From NCBI GenBank assembly GCA_002633005.1, contig NMRA01000260.1:1-48926 (forward strand): DNA of 48,926 nt. Reading direction: 5' to 3'. Shown here in pieces: positions 38,201 through 48,926 of this stretch. Under the pieces are notes generated by a model. That model ran no database searches. It saw nothing but the letters and a program-made list of their open reading frames with translations, and was not told where the DNA came from. Origin of the DNA: Phoronis australis. Taxonomy: Eukaryota; Animalia; Phoronida. The translations under genes and the position numbers were made by a program. How positions within the stretch are numbered: the first letter of the stretch is position 1; each line of letters begins with the position of its first letter.

Positions 38201-41200
38201 AATTATATTCAGTTACCAGTGGTAACCTACTTTAGCAGACGATAATTTCCCGGTCGAAGCTTAGCGTGTAAAAACGTTTTTTAAGCTATAGTAGTTGCTT
38301 AACCTAAATTTAGAGATTCACTTCATTTCTATTTTGTTTAAATTTCTAATTGGTTTTGAGTATAAGCATTATTTGACAAAAATAGCTCGGATTTTCTTAA
38401 AAGGTCACGACCTCCGATACCCGGTCCTCTGACATAGAAAGTAGTTACAATGCCGAGGCGAGTCGAGAAAGGTAGATAGATCCAATGCAATGTTTCTCGT
38501 TTAGTATGTGGTATAAATAGATTATTACATGTTCTCAGTCGTTATCCCCCTTATCTAGAGCCCTCGTGGATTTTGCAGAATTATCACCCTCGGGGCTGAC
38601 GCCCCTCGGGCGATAATTCTCCAAAATCCACTCGGGCTCTAGATAACGGGGGATAATGACTTAGCCATGTAACAATCTATATGTATTACTTATGCAACGG
38701 ACAGAATTGGTTATTCAACGCGTACTTTTAATCAGTTCGGCTATGTTTCGTCTGGGTTGTGGCGGTGGACACAAACTGAGCCACAACACCATGTTCGGCT
38801 GGTCTGTTCTCTCAGCTTGTCCGGAACCTGCTTTGCCAGGTTGTTGTAGCACCGACAGTTGACTGTTTGGTGTATCCACTTGGTATTTTACATGATATTT
38901 GCCCATTCGGTAGTTTGCACCTACTTGTTATTATTGAATTTGCCGTAATGCTCGACCCACTTGGTACGCAATCTGCCAATACTCATTTGGTACTATAGTA
39001 ATATATGCTACTTAGAATGGGATACTCAATTACACATTGGGCATCTAGAAATATATCTTTTTCAGTGAGGCAGAAATCTTTTCCGACTTAAATTCATTAG
39101 GTCACGTGATGCGACCAAAAAGAAGGCGTGCTGGCAGGACAAAATGTTTGCAACATTAGGTATCGTAAATGTGTGCATTATCTCTTGTAATTAAGGTACC
39201 CATCTGGTACTATCTTCCATGAAATAAATATTTGTATATCTGTTACCATAAAATTCCCAATACAACATAAAATATATATCATTTTGTATTGTTTTATTTG
39301 TCCTCAATAATGGGAAATACGGCTCTCGAACATAAATCGTATTATTTGGGCAAATACTATTCTACAGCCCTTCAAGCTTCATATCCAACTTCTAGTCGGT
39401 TCCTATCTAGTTCGGTGGTAGCGCTGATTGTTCTTTGTTCCAGCTTCCGGTTGGCCCAGCCTCAGGCAACCGTAACTCAGCTTGTCTGGAACCTGCATCG
39501 GCGGATTGAAAAAGCCTAGTTGGCCGTTTGGTGTACCCACTTGGTACTTTATATGAGATTTTCCCATTTGGCAGTTTGTAGCCATTTGGTAGGCCTACTT
39601 GTTATTGAATTTGCTGTTTTGCTAGACCCACTTGCTAGGCAATGGTCCACTTTCCGTTTGGTATTATATACCCATTTGGTACTATGCTAACCTGTACCAC
39701 TTAGTATCCGATACTCAATTACACCTTGGGTATCGCAAATATGTGTTGTGTGTTTTATCCCTTGTAATTAAGGTACCCGTCAGGTACTTTATGTGAAATA
39801 GCTATTTATAGACCTGTGACACATAAATTTCCAATGCAACCTAAAATGCATATTAATCTTGTGTTGTTTCATTCGTCCCCAATAAGCACACTTTAACGCG
39901 CGTAAGGACACTAGTCTAAAAACCATTTCGTGCTTCATATACACAAGTCGGAGACTCGCACAAAATCTGCGTGATAACGAGTGATGGCTTAGCACAAGCG
40001 ACCCCCCTCCGAGCATTATTAAGAAAAAAACGGTCATCACAGCTATCACAAATTATTTTTGGTTCCCTTTCGCGGCATCCCATAATAATCACGTGGTTTG
40101 ATACGACTTATACGAAAGACCTTCCTATTCTGTGGAATGACAATGTTGGTACTTCAAGGATAAAAACCAAAATATATCAGAGGCTACCCTTTGCTAAACG
40201 GACGTAAACATCAGATTGAAAAAAGACGCGTAGTCACCAATCAAACAAATATGTACTTTTAATTAAATTCAGTCAATCATGGTTCACTCGACTGATTTCA
40301 ACAAATACGAAAATAAGTCTTCACATACACACATGGGACATGATAAAAATAAAATTCTGTATTAATTCCCCAGACAAAATTTAAAATAAATGGACGCAAG
40401 CCTTACATAGAGCAGCGCGTTGTCCTCGCCTTTTACACCTGTCCATGAATACTGCCTGATGTTAAATCTCGACAATCCGGGGCACGTACCTAAAAGAATT
40501 ACGTGTAAAAGATCTTGTTCACGATTATTTCCTCCTGTCGTAAATAGGTATTCGTTGCACTATAAATCACGCCTGTTCTTGTTCACCTACATGTACTACG
40601 TCTTAAATGCAACGCGAATGACCAAATTTTAGGTTGAGGCGAGCAACGTAAATTAGAAAAATATATTGTTGAAAGCACAAGGTCAAGGTCAACGAAATAT
40701 GGAGCGAAGATTACTATATATTGTTCAAAAATTACTCGTTAAAAATTCACGGGTAAAGTATACGAATTTCATAATCTGTCCGGCATCAGCAGAAAATCTG
40801 TTAATTTCAATCGTACAGTGTACGTATCAATTTATGTTGTTTAGTGGCAATTTCAAAAAAGTTACCATGCCGGGTGTTATGCTCTGTAGGTGAAATTCAA
40901 AAACCCTTGAACTTCATCATTCGCTAAATTTTGTTCATTTTGAAAAAAAGTAGGATATACAGATTTTTCGTGTAAATTGGGATTGGGATTTCAATTTGTA
41001 ATATGACTGTTTGCATGAAAATGAAGCAGACACTGGTTGGCCTCGGAAACAATGACTTGCAAAAGTTGAAATAACATGCTTACCACATTTTCTAAATTTT
41101 TTTTGAAGTTTACAATGTATCAAGTGCATTATTATAATCATTGGGGCGAAAATTTGTTAACAGTCTCACACTTCTTGTTTAAAAACCTCAACATAATGAT

Positions 41201-44200
41201 TTTTCACTACGGCAAAATTGAAAAATATAATTCAATTTCAAAAGTGAAGAGTTATAAGTTATTTCACGCGGTCTGGTACAGGCGATGTATCAGACGCGCG
41301 CAGACGCCAAGGTGGGACCATGGCATTTCACTGATCACCTGGAACCATTTTTATGGGAAGTTAGATGATACGAATAATTTCAAACTATAAGGAATATGAC
41401 CATAGTGCTCAAACAAAATTTCCCCATGTCCTTGAATTTACAAGTGTAATTGACCGTTCTAAATCCAAGTGCAGTTTAATTTGTTACTCACATCCTTCGT
41501 TAACGAAAGTCAAAATTTAAATACTTTCTCTTTTCGCGTTTCTGTTCTCCGATCCTGCTGTAGTGGAGGAAAGAGTGCATCACACTTCACCTACTACCTG
41601 AGGGTATTTGAAGACTAAGACACGGGCCCCAGATTTAATGAGGCAAGGGTGCTCCAGTCAAATATTTGAAAAAGTAACATTAGTTTATGAGTACGTTGAA
41701 CAATTGATTTACATGGTAAATGCTGTTGTGTAGAAACATATACATGTATTTGCCACAATTTCACATTACGGGCCGGCAAAATGGTAAACGAAAAAACTCC
41801 ATTCGTGTCAGGCTTGTGAAAATTCGTGTTTTAATGACTAATAAACCATTGATTCAGTTATACCTGGGCACTGGCCCCACATCCCATCGGCGTCGTAACT
41901 GGCGGTGGTGGCACACCACAACTGGTTATGGCTGTCGTCAGTGCACGAGGAATATGATTTGCCGTTGTAGACGAATGGGAGGACACAGGGATCACCACCG
42001 GCATTTCCCCCATAGGTCCATAGATTGGTGTCTGAATAAAAGGAAAATTGAAATGTCATGTGCCTAATTTATAAGAGCAAAGGTAAATTAAAGCGTAACA
42101 CTCCTTCTACTCACAGCTGTGACATAAGCATGCCATTTGCGAAGTTGCATCTGATCAGGGTAATCAGCAGTTAAAAGTCGGTAGGTTGAAAATATAAGGT
42201 CGTGTGCCATAAATATCACGACCACATTGCACACCACATTAAGTCATGGGCGACGCAGCACTGAAAAAGGGGGTTATATCCCCCAGCCCCCTATGATGCG
42301 CCATTCATGCAAATATAAACACGCACATCCACATTACGACTGCATCAAGCATGGAACTCTAACCCTGTAATGCCAACTACCGCACGTGACCGGTTAGAGA
42401 TTGCGTTCGCGAGACCCATTACCGTGAGAGTTGCTCTGAGAATTTCCGGCTGCCAGCTGGACTGAGTTTCAATAGACAGTAGTACTTATCAAATCAAGAA
42501 TAATTTCATTGCTTCATTTTCATTTTGTCATTATTGCTTTCCAAGCGAGACTTGATGTATGGTTCCATACAATCAGCGATTTCTCGACAATATTAGTTAC
42601 CAAACCCGAAGACACTGGTCATTCTTTATAAGCATCGATTTGTTGCAATGGGCAGTGTCGAAATAAATATTGATTAAGTAATTAAAAAGAATAGATCCAT
42701 TTTAAGTTACCCACAGTTTGTGCATATGTACTTTTAAATCATGGGAACAAACTTACTGACATGTACTTTAACGTCAAAATCTATTTTTAAATGGTGTTTA
42801 CCAATTTGGGTTCTTGGGTCAAAGTACTCTAGAGATTTTAGAAAATTCTGAGAACAAACTGTAAAAGCCAATGGTATGATTGGATATAATCATGTGATTT
42901 TTATTAACCAATCACTAAAAAAGTAGAATATTATAATATGGGCTTAAGTCAACAAGATATTCAGATGACCTATAGTGGTTGAAGCATAAAGACTTGCTAC
43001 AGTGTACAGAGGAAATTGTACGACAGAGCCATCTCGTGGAAGATTCTAGAATGGATCTCGGCAAGGGCAAGGGTTTACGAACAGGAAATAAACTTAGAGC
43101 TTGTCACTTGCATCGTGAGTAGTAAGATACTACCTGAAGTGTTGTGTCACCAGCCAGAGACTGTGACCAGCAAGAAGAATCGCAGGTAGAAGAAATTGCC
43201 TGCAAGTGTTGCATCATCAGTGACGGTGACCAGCAAGTACACTGTCGCTATACAGTGTGTGTAGTTAGAAGATACACCAACAGGACAGTCATCCAACAAG
43301 TAGAGAGTCTTAGCTTCGATAGCAGATAAGACATTTGATTATTTTGGTTGGTTGATTGAAGTAATCTTTAAAGAGGGCGCTAGTGTAGTTACTTTTCTTT
43401 GTAGATGATTCCTTAATTAAGAACAGTTTTCACTTGTCTAATGAGGGGTGATCATATAATAAATTAATTACTGGATTTGATTATCCACTTTCCATCTACG
43501 CACAATCTCAAAGCATAGTTACCTTTTAAACAAACCCACCGTCAATCGTCTGACAGATAGATACCGAGAGTAGTTTGGCCTCTTATATCTTTTCAGCTCC
43601 AGTCGTACAACCACTTTCGACCATTCTACATACCGAGAATTTTTAAACAAGATATTTTTGGGTGTTTAAATCATTTAGCAGTATTTTACAAATATAAGTT
43701 GAATTAGGCCCAAATTAAAAGTCCAGGCCCTAAAAACAGGTGTATGTACGTAACTTTCGAAAATTTGTTGGTAATTGCTAACCTAAGTATGCATATTTGT
43801 GCATGTGTGCCTGTGCGCGTGTGTACATGTGTGCATGTCGTGTGTGTGTTTGTGTGCATGTTGTTTTCAAATTTATCTTTAATTTATTTGTGCCATATTT
43901 ACCTTTGCCAGACGCCGTTTTCCGATAATGAGGCTATTCGGAAAGTTTACAATAACTAGAGGGCGCGCGTGTACTAGTGGTGATAGATTAAACAACCTCG
44001 ATTTCGCGAGCCCATTAAATACATGGTGAAATGACTTGCAGCAGTACCAAATGAATTTGAGATTGCGTGAAAAGGGTGCTTGTATGAGAGGAAGTAACAA
44101 AGGTTAAGTTTGTGATTATTTTAACGATTATTCCATGTTTATTCTATTGATGCCTGTTAACTGAGGTATTCGCCGATGTCGACTATTGTTTGGAATGATT

Positions 44201-47200
44201 TCTTACCGGTTTATCAGTGACAGTTACATCAATCAATGCTGAATGTTTATGCTGTCAACTCGATATTAGTTAGTGAGTTAAGATTACAATCCAAGCCCAA
44301 TGGCAAAGGGTACATGACAAATATCTAGCAGACTACTTGTTTACTCCCTATACTATGTCTTACGGAAACCTAGTACACGCTGAAATGGAAATCTATCATG
44401 TCTGTTTCCCCGTGACCTTTGGTTTTCAGGTTTGAGGGCTTGTGCCGTGCAGAGGAGATATGTATGGCTTCTGCAAAGTCCCTGAATGGACAAAAATGGT
44501 TTTAAGCATTTGACTGCAGCTAACCAGCATGATCTTCCCATCCACTGCAGATCTGTTGTCAAAGCCTACTTTCTATATCGGAGACAACGAACAAAGCCTT
44601 TGAAAAGAAAAGCTATTTTTAAAGAAAGGCACGTATGTCGTTTTGTTAATATACTTATTCAGGTCCTCTGCGGGGGATTGGAATAGGGGGTTGTGGGTTG
44701 TAAAATTTGGTGCAACTGGATGTGTGGAAATAACAGGTCATAGTGTCTGAGGGAAAGAGCATGGTGAGGTAATTCTTAACCTTCATGAAGTTCCTTCAAG
44801 TTTATTTCATGAAACTGTTTTGCTATCATTTGTGAACCCAAAAAATATATTACATTTTCTGAATTCTCAGTGACGGGATAGTCTTAACTCATGCCCTGGA
44901 ATGTTGCAAGTCGTTTATAAATTCAAATGACTGCCATTTCTTGTGAAAATTGCTTTTTGGTTGTTCCTTACGCTTTGTTATTACTCTTATACAACATAAA
45001 TATTATCGGTCATTTTTTAAATGACCCAAATCTGTAAATCTTCTATTAGACGAAAAATAAAACGTCTGAGAAACGGTTCCCTCAGCCTTAGACCAGAAGT
45101 ATGCTTGATAGACCCATGAAATTGCTGAAAATATCAAAAATAAAAGTGCTTGAAAATGGGTAACAAAGGTTTGAAGCTGTTTTAAATAACTTGCATATTT
45201 TGACAAGTGATGCGTTTAAAAAGGGTTATGGGTACAAATGAAAAATAAAGACGCAGTTTTATACAATACTTATTATATACACCCTTGCTTTCTGAAAGTA
45301 GTAATTATTTAATTTTGTGTGAAGTTGTAGAGCAGTCACCATATCATATTTTTGAAAAACAGGGGTAGCATTTTTTGTCCCAACCTGGAGTACTTAATTA
45401 TTCATATTTCAATATTTGTTCCAGTTTCAGTGACATTTTAAGGCCACTTCAAGCCGCAATATAGACAAGCTTTGTTACTCTTTTCTCTTCCCACAGCATT
45501 TCCACACACCAGCAGTGCTGCATGGCACAATGTACAAGTCAGTGGCCATAAAGAAATATGAATAGCAGTACTTAGTTACCATAAGACAATGTGCCAGTGG
45601 AGTGTCTGTGTATCCAGACGAACTATATCTGACTGCTACACAAGTCAGCCTCGTTGGTGAGGATGACCTTTCATAGGCAATAAGTCATGTGTAGACAATA
45701 GCTTATTTCCTTTTCTGGAAGAAACATGAGGGTCTGAACATAAAGTAGACCTAGTGACACTCTAGTCCTTTTCAGGGTCAGATTTTGGGCACAAAACGTG
45801 TCGAGTGATGTGCTTTTATGTTTGCCTTCAACGATCTAATTGTGGATTTTATTAAGGCTGAATGAGGTTGCATGAAGAAAAGACACGTGCCGAAACTGGA
45901 GCTTTTTTAAAAGCGCTTCTATACGCCATTGAAACTAGATCCCAGTGAAATGAAAACCTAAAGCACCTGGTATAAATAAATGTCCTTTTTTGGCTTTCTC
46001 ACTGAGTGACAATAACCCTTCCTTTCAGAAGAAAGGCTTTATACTAATCGTAAAGACTTTCCAATTTGGTATACATTATTGGGAAATGACTTTCAGTGAC
46101 TACATCGATTGTCTTATTGTCAGTAGAAAGCCCGTTAATGTTACACTTTGATGATCAAATAATTTTTTCACCAACAGGCAAGTTTTTCACTTATAATTGA
46201 AACCACAATATTTCTTCAGTTTTAAAGACCATGCAGTGCAATTGTGCTCATTCTTTATGAAGCTGAAATGATTACCGATTACGCTTGCGAACTTTCATCT
46301 TCCTGTTGACCTATAGAAATGTGTTATTGCAGGAGCATTGTTCTTTTGTTTAGGATCTTTATGTCCACTAGAGGCGTTGTATGTACACCTTAGGGCGTTT
46401 CCAGAGTGCATTGTAATTGCTGTGTACCCCCGCTCCTAGGTATTTTTTTATTGACTAAACAGATGTTACCATTGTAATATTACCAACCACAGAGCAGTTT
46501 TGATGGTTTTTAGCTTCAGCAGTCATTTACAGCGCTCATTTCGAATATTGGTTGGGATGCATTGTAGAGAAATTATTAGCTGGGCCACGCGGGAAACTCC
46601 AGTAAGTACATGTAATTCTGTTAAGGATTTACGTTTAGTCTATTCATATAGGTCTGCTGGATATTGTATGTCTAGTGTTTAATTGTTGAACTGTAACGGC
46701 TGCTTTGTGGTGGTTTTGTCTTATGCGGGTTCGAGTCCCGTGTGCCAGCCGTATTGACTATTGGGTAACGTTTTGAGAACATTGTTTGGTTCCGTCGTTT
46801 GACAAACTGTATTTATCGTTTGTAGATAACCGTATCTTCAAGAATAAATCGTTTTAAACGAAGATGACGCGTTATTCTATCGCCCACGCTAATACTACGT
46901 AAGCTGCAGACCTTACTGGCTTACTAAGGTAAACTACAAAAGCGGCCGCCACCGATAAGATTGGCAAGTCAGGAATGTTGAATTCTGGGGAAAATTAAAT
47001 AGCCGTTCCATAAGCAACGATATCTCGCAAGGGTCGTAAGTCTACGAAGCACGCCCTCATCAAACGCGCCCCAGATTGACCATGGTGGCGCCACATGTGA
47101 AGTCAGCAGCTTACCGGATGAATGTCTCAGATCGTTTTCTTCGATTGTCAGCGAAATTCCCGCTCCTGAACCCCATCCGGTTGCACTGTCAGTAACGGTA

Positions 47201-48171
47201 TATCCGGGACACTCCCCAACTCTGAACTGAACAGTAATGTCACCAGCTGGCAGGCCCTCGCATATTCCGTCTACTGCAAAGAGATATTTTATATACATCA
47301 GTATAGAGTCCACAATAAAATGACATCAAATCAGGATAATACAGCTTATTCCCTCAGTCGCCATATTAAATGTGAGCTCTTTTCAGGTTTTAGAAACAAT
47401 GCATTCTGCGCTTATATCACAATGCAAAGAGTGCTTCTCGCGTGCCTCGTTATATTCATATCTCAAATGAATTGTTTATTTTAAACCTTTTGTCCGATTG
47501 ACTGAGGGTTTGTTTAAAAGGTAGATGTGCTTTGAGATTCTGCGTAGATGGAGAAATCCAGTTATTAATTTATTATGTGATAACCACTATTTAGACAAGT
47601 GAAAGCTGCTGTTAATTAAATAATCAACTACGAATGAGAATCTACGCTAGCGCCCTCTTTACTTCAATCGATCAACCAGAACAATCAAAAATCTTATCTA
47701 CTATCCAAGTTGTAGGACTTGACACCTAAAACGAGGCTCACTACTTCTGAGAGCTCTCATGGAAAGCAGTAAGAACTGATGGGAGTACTCTCATTGTAAA
47801 TGTTACAATAATGAAATAAATAAGTAAATATATCATAAATTAAAATGACGACTGTGTGAATAAGGTCTATACTATTCTATTTTGTGTTTTCAAGTCACCA
47901 AAAGCGGCACGAAGGTGCTTAGAATCCTTTAAGAACAACACGATCAGCCAGTAAAGTAAGTTCCATGTTACTAACCACGCGAGGGCCTATAAAAGTTTAC
48001 TGAAGTAGCTCTGTACCACACAATTTCAATGGGTCCCGGATTCTGGCATTCTTGACCATTGAAGTGATAGTACCATCGTGTACAGCCAACTTCTTTATAG
48101 GACGCCCTGAGTGTGCCTCGAAATTGCACCCTTAAACCCGTGTAAGAGTATTGCTTCTTGTAGGTGACTTC
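26059..48171 (-). CDS. Protein with three CTHRC1 C-terminal-type domains and a fibronectin type II domain, 5'-partial; exons 48171-47976, 47273-47115, FN2 (42031-41864 or 34097-33930), 40489-40407 or 32555-32473, 30567-30366, 29116-28955, 28059-27953, 27099-26871, 26201-26059
   Basis: All exons have AG/GT boundaries and compatible phases. Each repeat shows the CTHRC1-C pattern LRVxFxGxLR...WYFxFNGxxCxxPxxI...N..R...EGxC...AYTGW.S..R..xEE. The FN2 exon has PCVLPFVYNGKSYSSCT...WCATT.YD.D..WG.C. Confidence 0.88.
26871..27099 (-). CDS. CTHRC1-C repeat 3, middle exon (NVNYVKQSSLSYLRVYYQGALR...CSKWYFTFNGDKCSDPGTIAG...NHHRVSV)
   Basis: gttttcag acceptor, T|gtaagt donor, near-canonical WYFTFNG. Confidence 0.9.
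27953..28059 (-). CDS. CTHRC1-C repeat 3, first exon (VMSSNGVVHRLPEHNIHQWWWWAKNDPDDVGHISFV)
   Basis: cttttctgttgtag acceptor, GTC|gtaagt donor, phase 1 to phase 0. Confidence 0.83.
28271..28705. repeat. 20-bp minisatellite, ~22 copies (attgttacaccggtgtgtat)
   Basis: Direct periodicity with palindromic core ACACCGGTGT. Confidence 0.95.
28955..29116 (-). CDS. CTHRC1-C repeat 2, last exon (VSGICDNIGSGAISITVHV...NAYTGWKSRSRMIVEEIRYDLDISA)
   Basis: cctaac branch-like motif and ttacag acceptor at the position homologous to repeats 1 and 3; G|gtaaaa donor. Confidence 0.85.
30366..30567 (-). CDS. CTHRC1-C repeat 2, middle exon (TFNYYKRDPSTSIHVIFIANTRLAGHGSIRYKIKFNGNDCSSPGAIDG...GTNA)
   Basis: ttcattcggttgtag acceptor, G|gtatgt donor, FNGxxCxxPxxIDG motif. 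Confidence 0.85.
32473..32555 (-). CDS. CTHRC1-C repeat 2, first exon (copy A)
   Basis: Phase 1 to phase 0, bridging the FN2 exon and the 30567 exon in frame. Confidence 0.82.
33930..34097 (-). CDS. Fibronectin type II domain exon (copy A)
   Basis: Identical to 41864-42031 at an offset of 7934 bp. Confidence 0.9.
34726..35627 (+). repeat. Copy of the 13790-14522 interspersed repeat (also at 42653-43555)
   Basis: Colinear similarity with indels. Confidence 0.78.
37542..38096. other. Assembly gap (555 N)
   Basis: Run of N. Confidence 1.
38517..38680. repeat. 164-bp imperfect palindrome (hairpin, TGAC loop at 38597-38600)
   Basis: Arms of ~80 bp pair, e.g. ttatctagagccc/gggctctagataa and agaattatc/gataattct. 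Confidence 0.9.
40407..40489 (-). CDS. CTHRC1-C repeat 2, first exon (copy B; GTCPGLSRFNIRQYSWTGVKGEDNALLY)
   Basis: ttcttttag acceptor and TAT|gtaagg donor; NxxQxSW matches the start of CTHRC1-C (NYKQCSW). Identical to 32473-32555. Confidence 0.75.
41864..42031 (-). CDS. Fibronectin type II domain exon (copy B)
   Basis: tccttttattcag acceptor, G|gtataa donor, four Cys in FN2 spacing, phase 1-1. Confidence 0.9.
47115..47273 (-). CDS. CTHRC1-C repeat 1, last exon (VDGICEGLPAGDITVQFRVGECPG...SATGWGSGAGISLTIEENDLRHSS)
   Basis: ctctttgcag acceptor, G|gtaagc donor, phase 1-1; GxCEG...VGxC...TGW...IEE motif. Confidence 0.88.
47976..48171 (-). CDS. CTHRC1-C repeat 1, middle exon (EVTYKKQYSYTGLRVQFRGTLRASYKEVGCTRWYYHFNGQECQNPGPIEIVWYRATSVNFYRPSR)
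   Basis: Minus-strand tacttccag acceptor and G|gttagt donor; hand translation, not in the ORF track. Confidence 0.88.
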
Positions 48172-48926
48172 CTGGAAGTAAACAAATGTACTTTAGTTGG
48201 ACGCACACGAGTCAATGGAAGACATCAATCACGATGAATTCCATTTCAATACGCAAAACTAAAAAGCTCCTTGTCACGTGAACATTGGTGATTCCACGGG
48301 AATCCACATCGGTGTCAAGGGATAGCGAACTAGTTAGAGTGAACAATTCCTTTTTTAAATTGCGCTCTGTGGGCATACGTCAACAAATCAAATAGGCACA
48401 CATATCTTTAAGATAGAGGGTGAATTACAAAAACGACGCTTGATAATAAATTCATGCATCCATTACGTGCATATTGAGGTCCGTCTGGATACTGCATTCA
48501 TTACGCAAATAATGCAGGACCGTTTGAAAGAGATTGCACGTGTTTAGGAAGTTAGCTCTTGTCCCTCGGATCTCAACTTCGTTGGTCACCCGATGCAGAC
48601 TTAGGTGAACAATGGCTGTAATAATTTGCATCATAATAGTATTTTAGGCCTAACTCGATGCCTTTTTAGACCGGGATCCCAGAGCTTTTTTGGGCATGAA
48701 AAGGTAACCAAATTTCTTTGGTGCCACAGTGCTCTATGGGTATCCTGATGCTTGGAAATGGCCGTCTGGCAGGTTCGCTCTGGTGGGTGTGGTCAGGGGA
48801 GCCAAGAGAATTACACTAAAAAATTGAGCTAGATCAACTTTTCTGGTAACCACTTAAAACTGCCTTCAATACCTGCTACGTCATCCATTGTATCAAAATT
48901 GGTCACTGCCAGACAATTTCAGTGGT

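Larger units (their letters stand above)
38683..45473. repeat. Near-identical second copy of 30749-37541 across the assembly gap
   Basis: Offset 7934 bp; ORF-track peptides are identical over 30781-34133 and SNPs/indels appear after ~34420. Confidence 0.95.

Noticed and set aside
46696-46752. GGTTCGAGTCCC B-box-like motif (also GGTTCGAATC near 12427) suggesting tRNA or SINE
   Set aside because: No cloverleaf or convincing A box could be built; at most a decayed SINE head.
48200-48926. Search for the first exon of CTHRC1-C repeat 1
   Set aside because: No phase-0-ending exon with an NxxQxxW-like motif was found; it probably lies beyond the window.

Overview
AT-rich, intron-containing metazoan genomic DNA, probably a marine invertebrate, with a 555-N assembly gap at 37542-38096. 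Most ORF-track entries are noise; the real genes are spliced and were rebuilt by hand from GT/AG sites and codon phase. (1) + strand, 721-11185: the last five exons (TM3-TM7 plus tail) of a family-B/adhesion-type GPCR; its 5' part lies upstream of the window. (2) - strand, 48171 to 26059: a probably extracellular protein with the architecture CTHRC1-C, fibronectin type II, CTHRC1-C, CTHRC1-C, stop; its 5' end lies outside the window. The two genes converge tail-to-tail. Between and inside them are a decayed ~5.9 kb Academ-like DNA transposon that carries a spliced Spin/Ssty (Tudor)-like terminal exon, a 1.7 kb TTAA-flanked Kolobok-like element whose empty site survives in a local paralog, a dead duplicate of one GPCR exon, a CR1-like LINE remnant, MITEs, a 164-bp hairpin and several minisatellites. 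The octamer TACATGTA is strongly enriched and is polarised as an insertion at three sites, consistent with Tc1/mariner excision footprints. A ~6.8 kb duplication on either side of the gap is most likely an uncollapsed haplotype.
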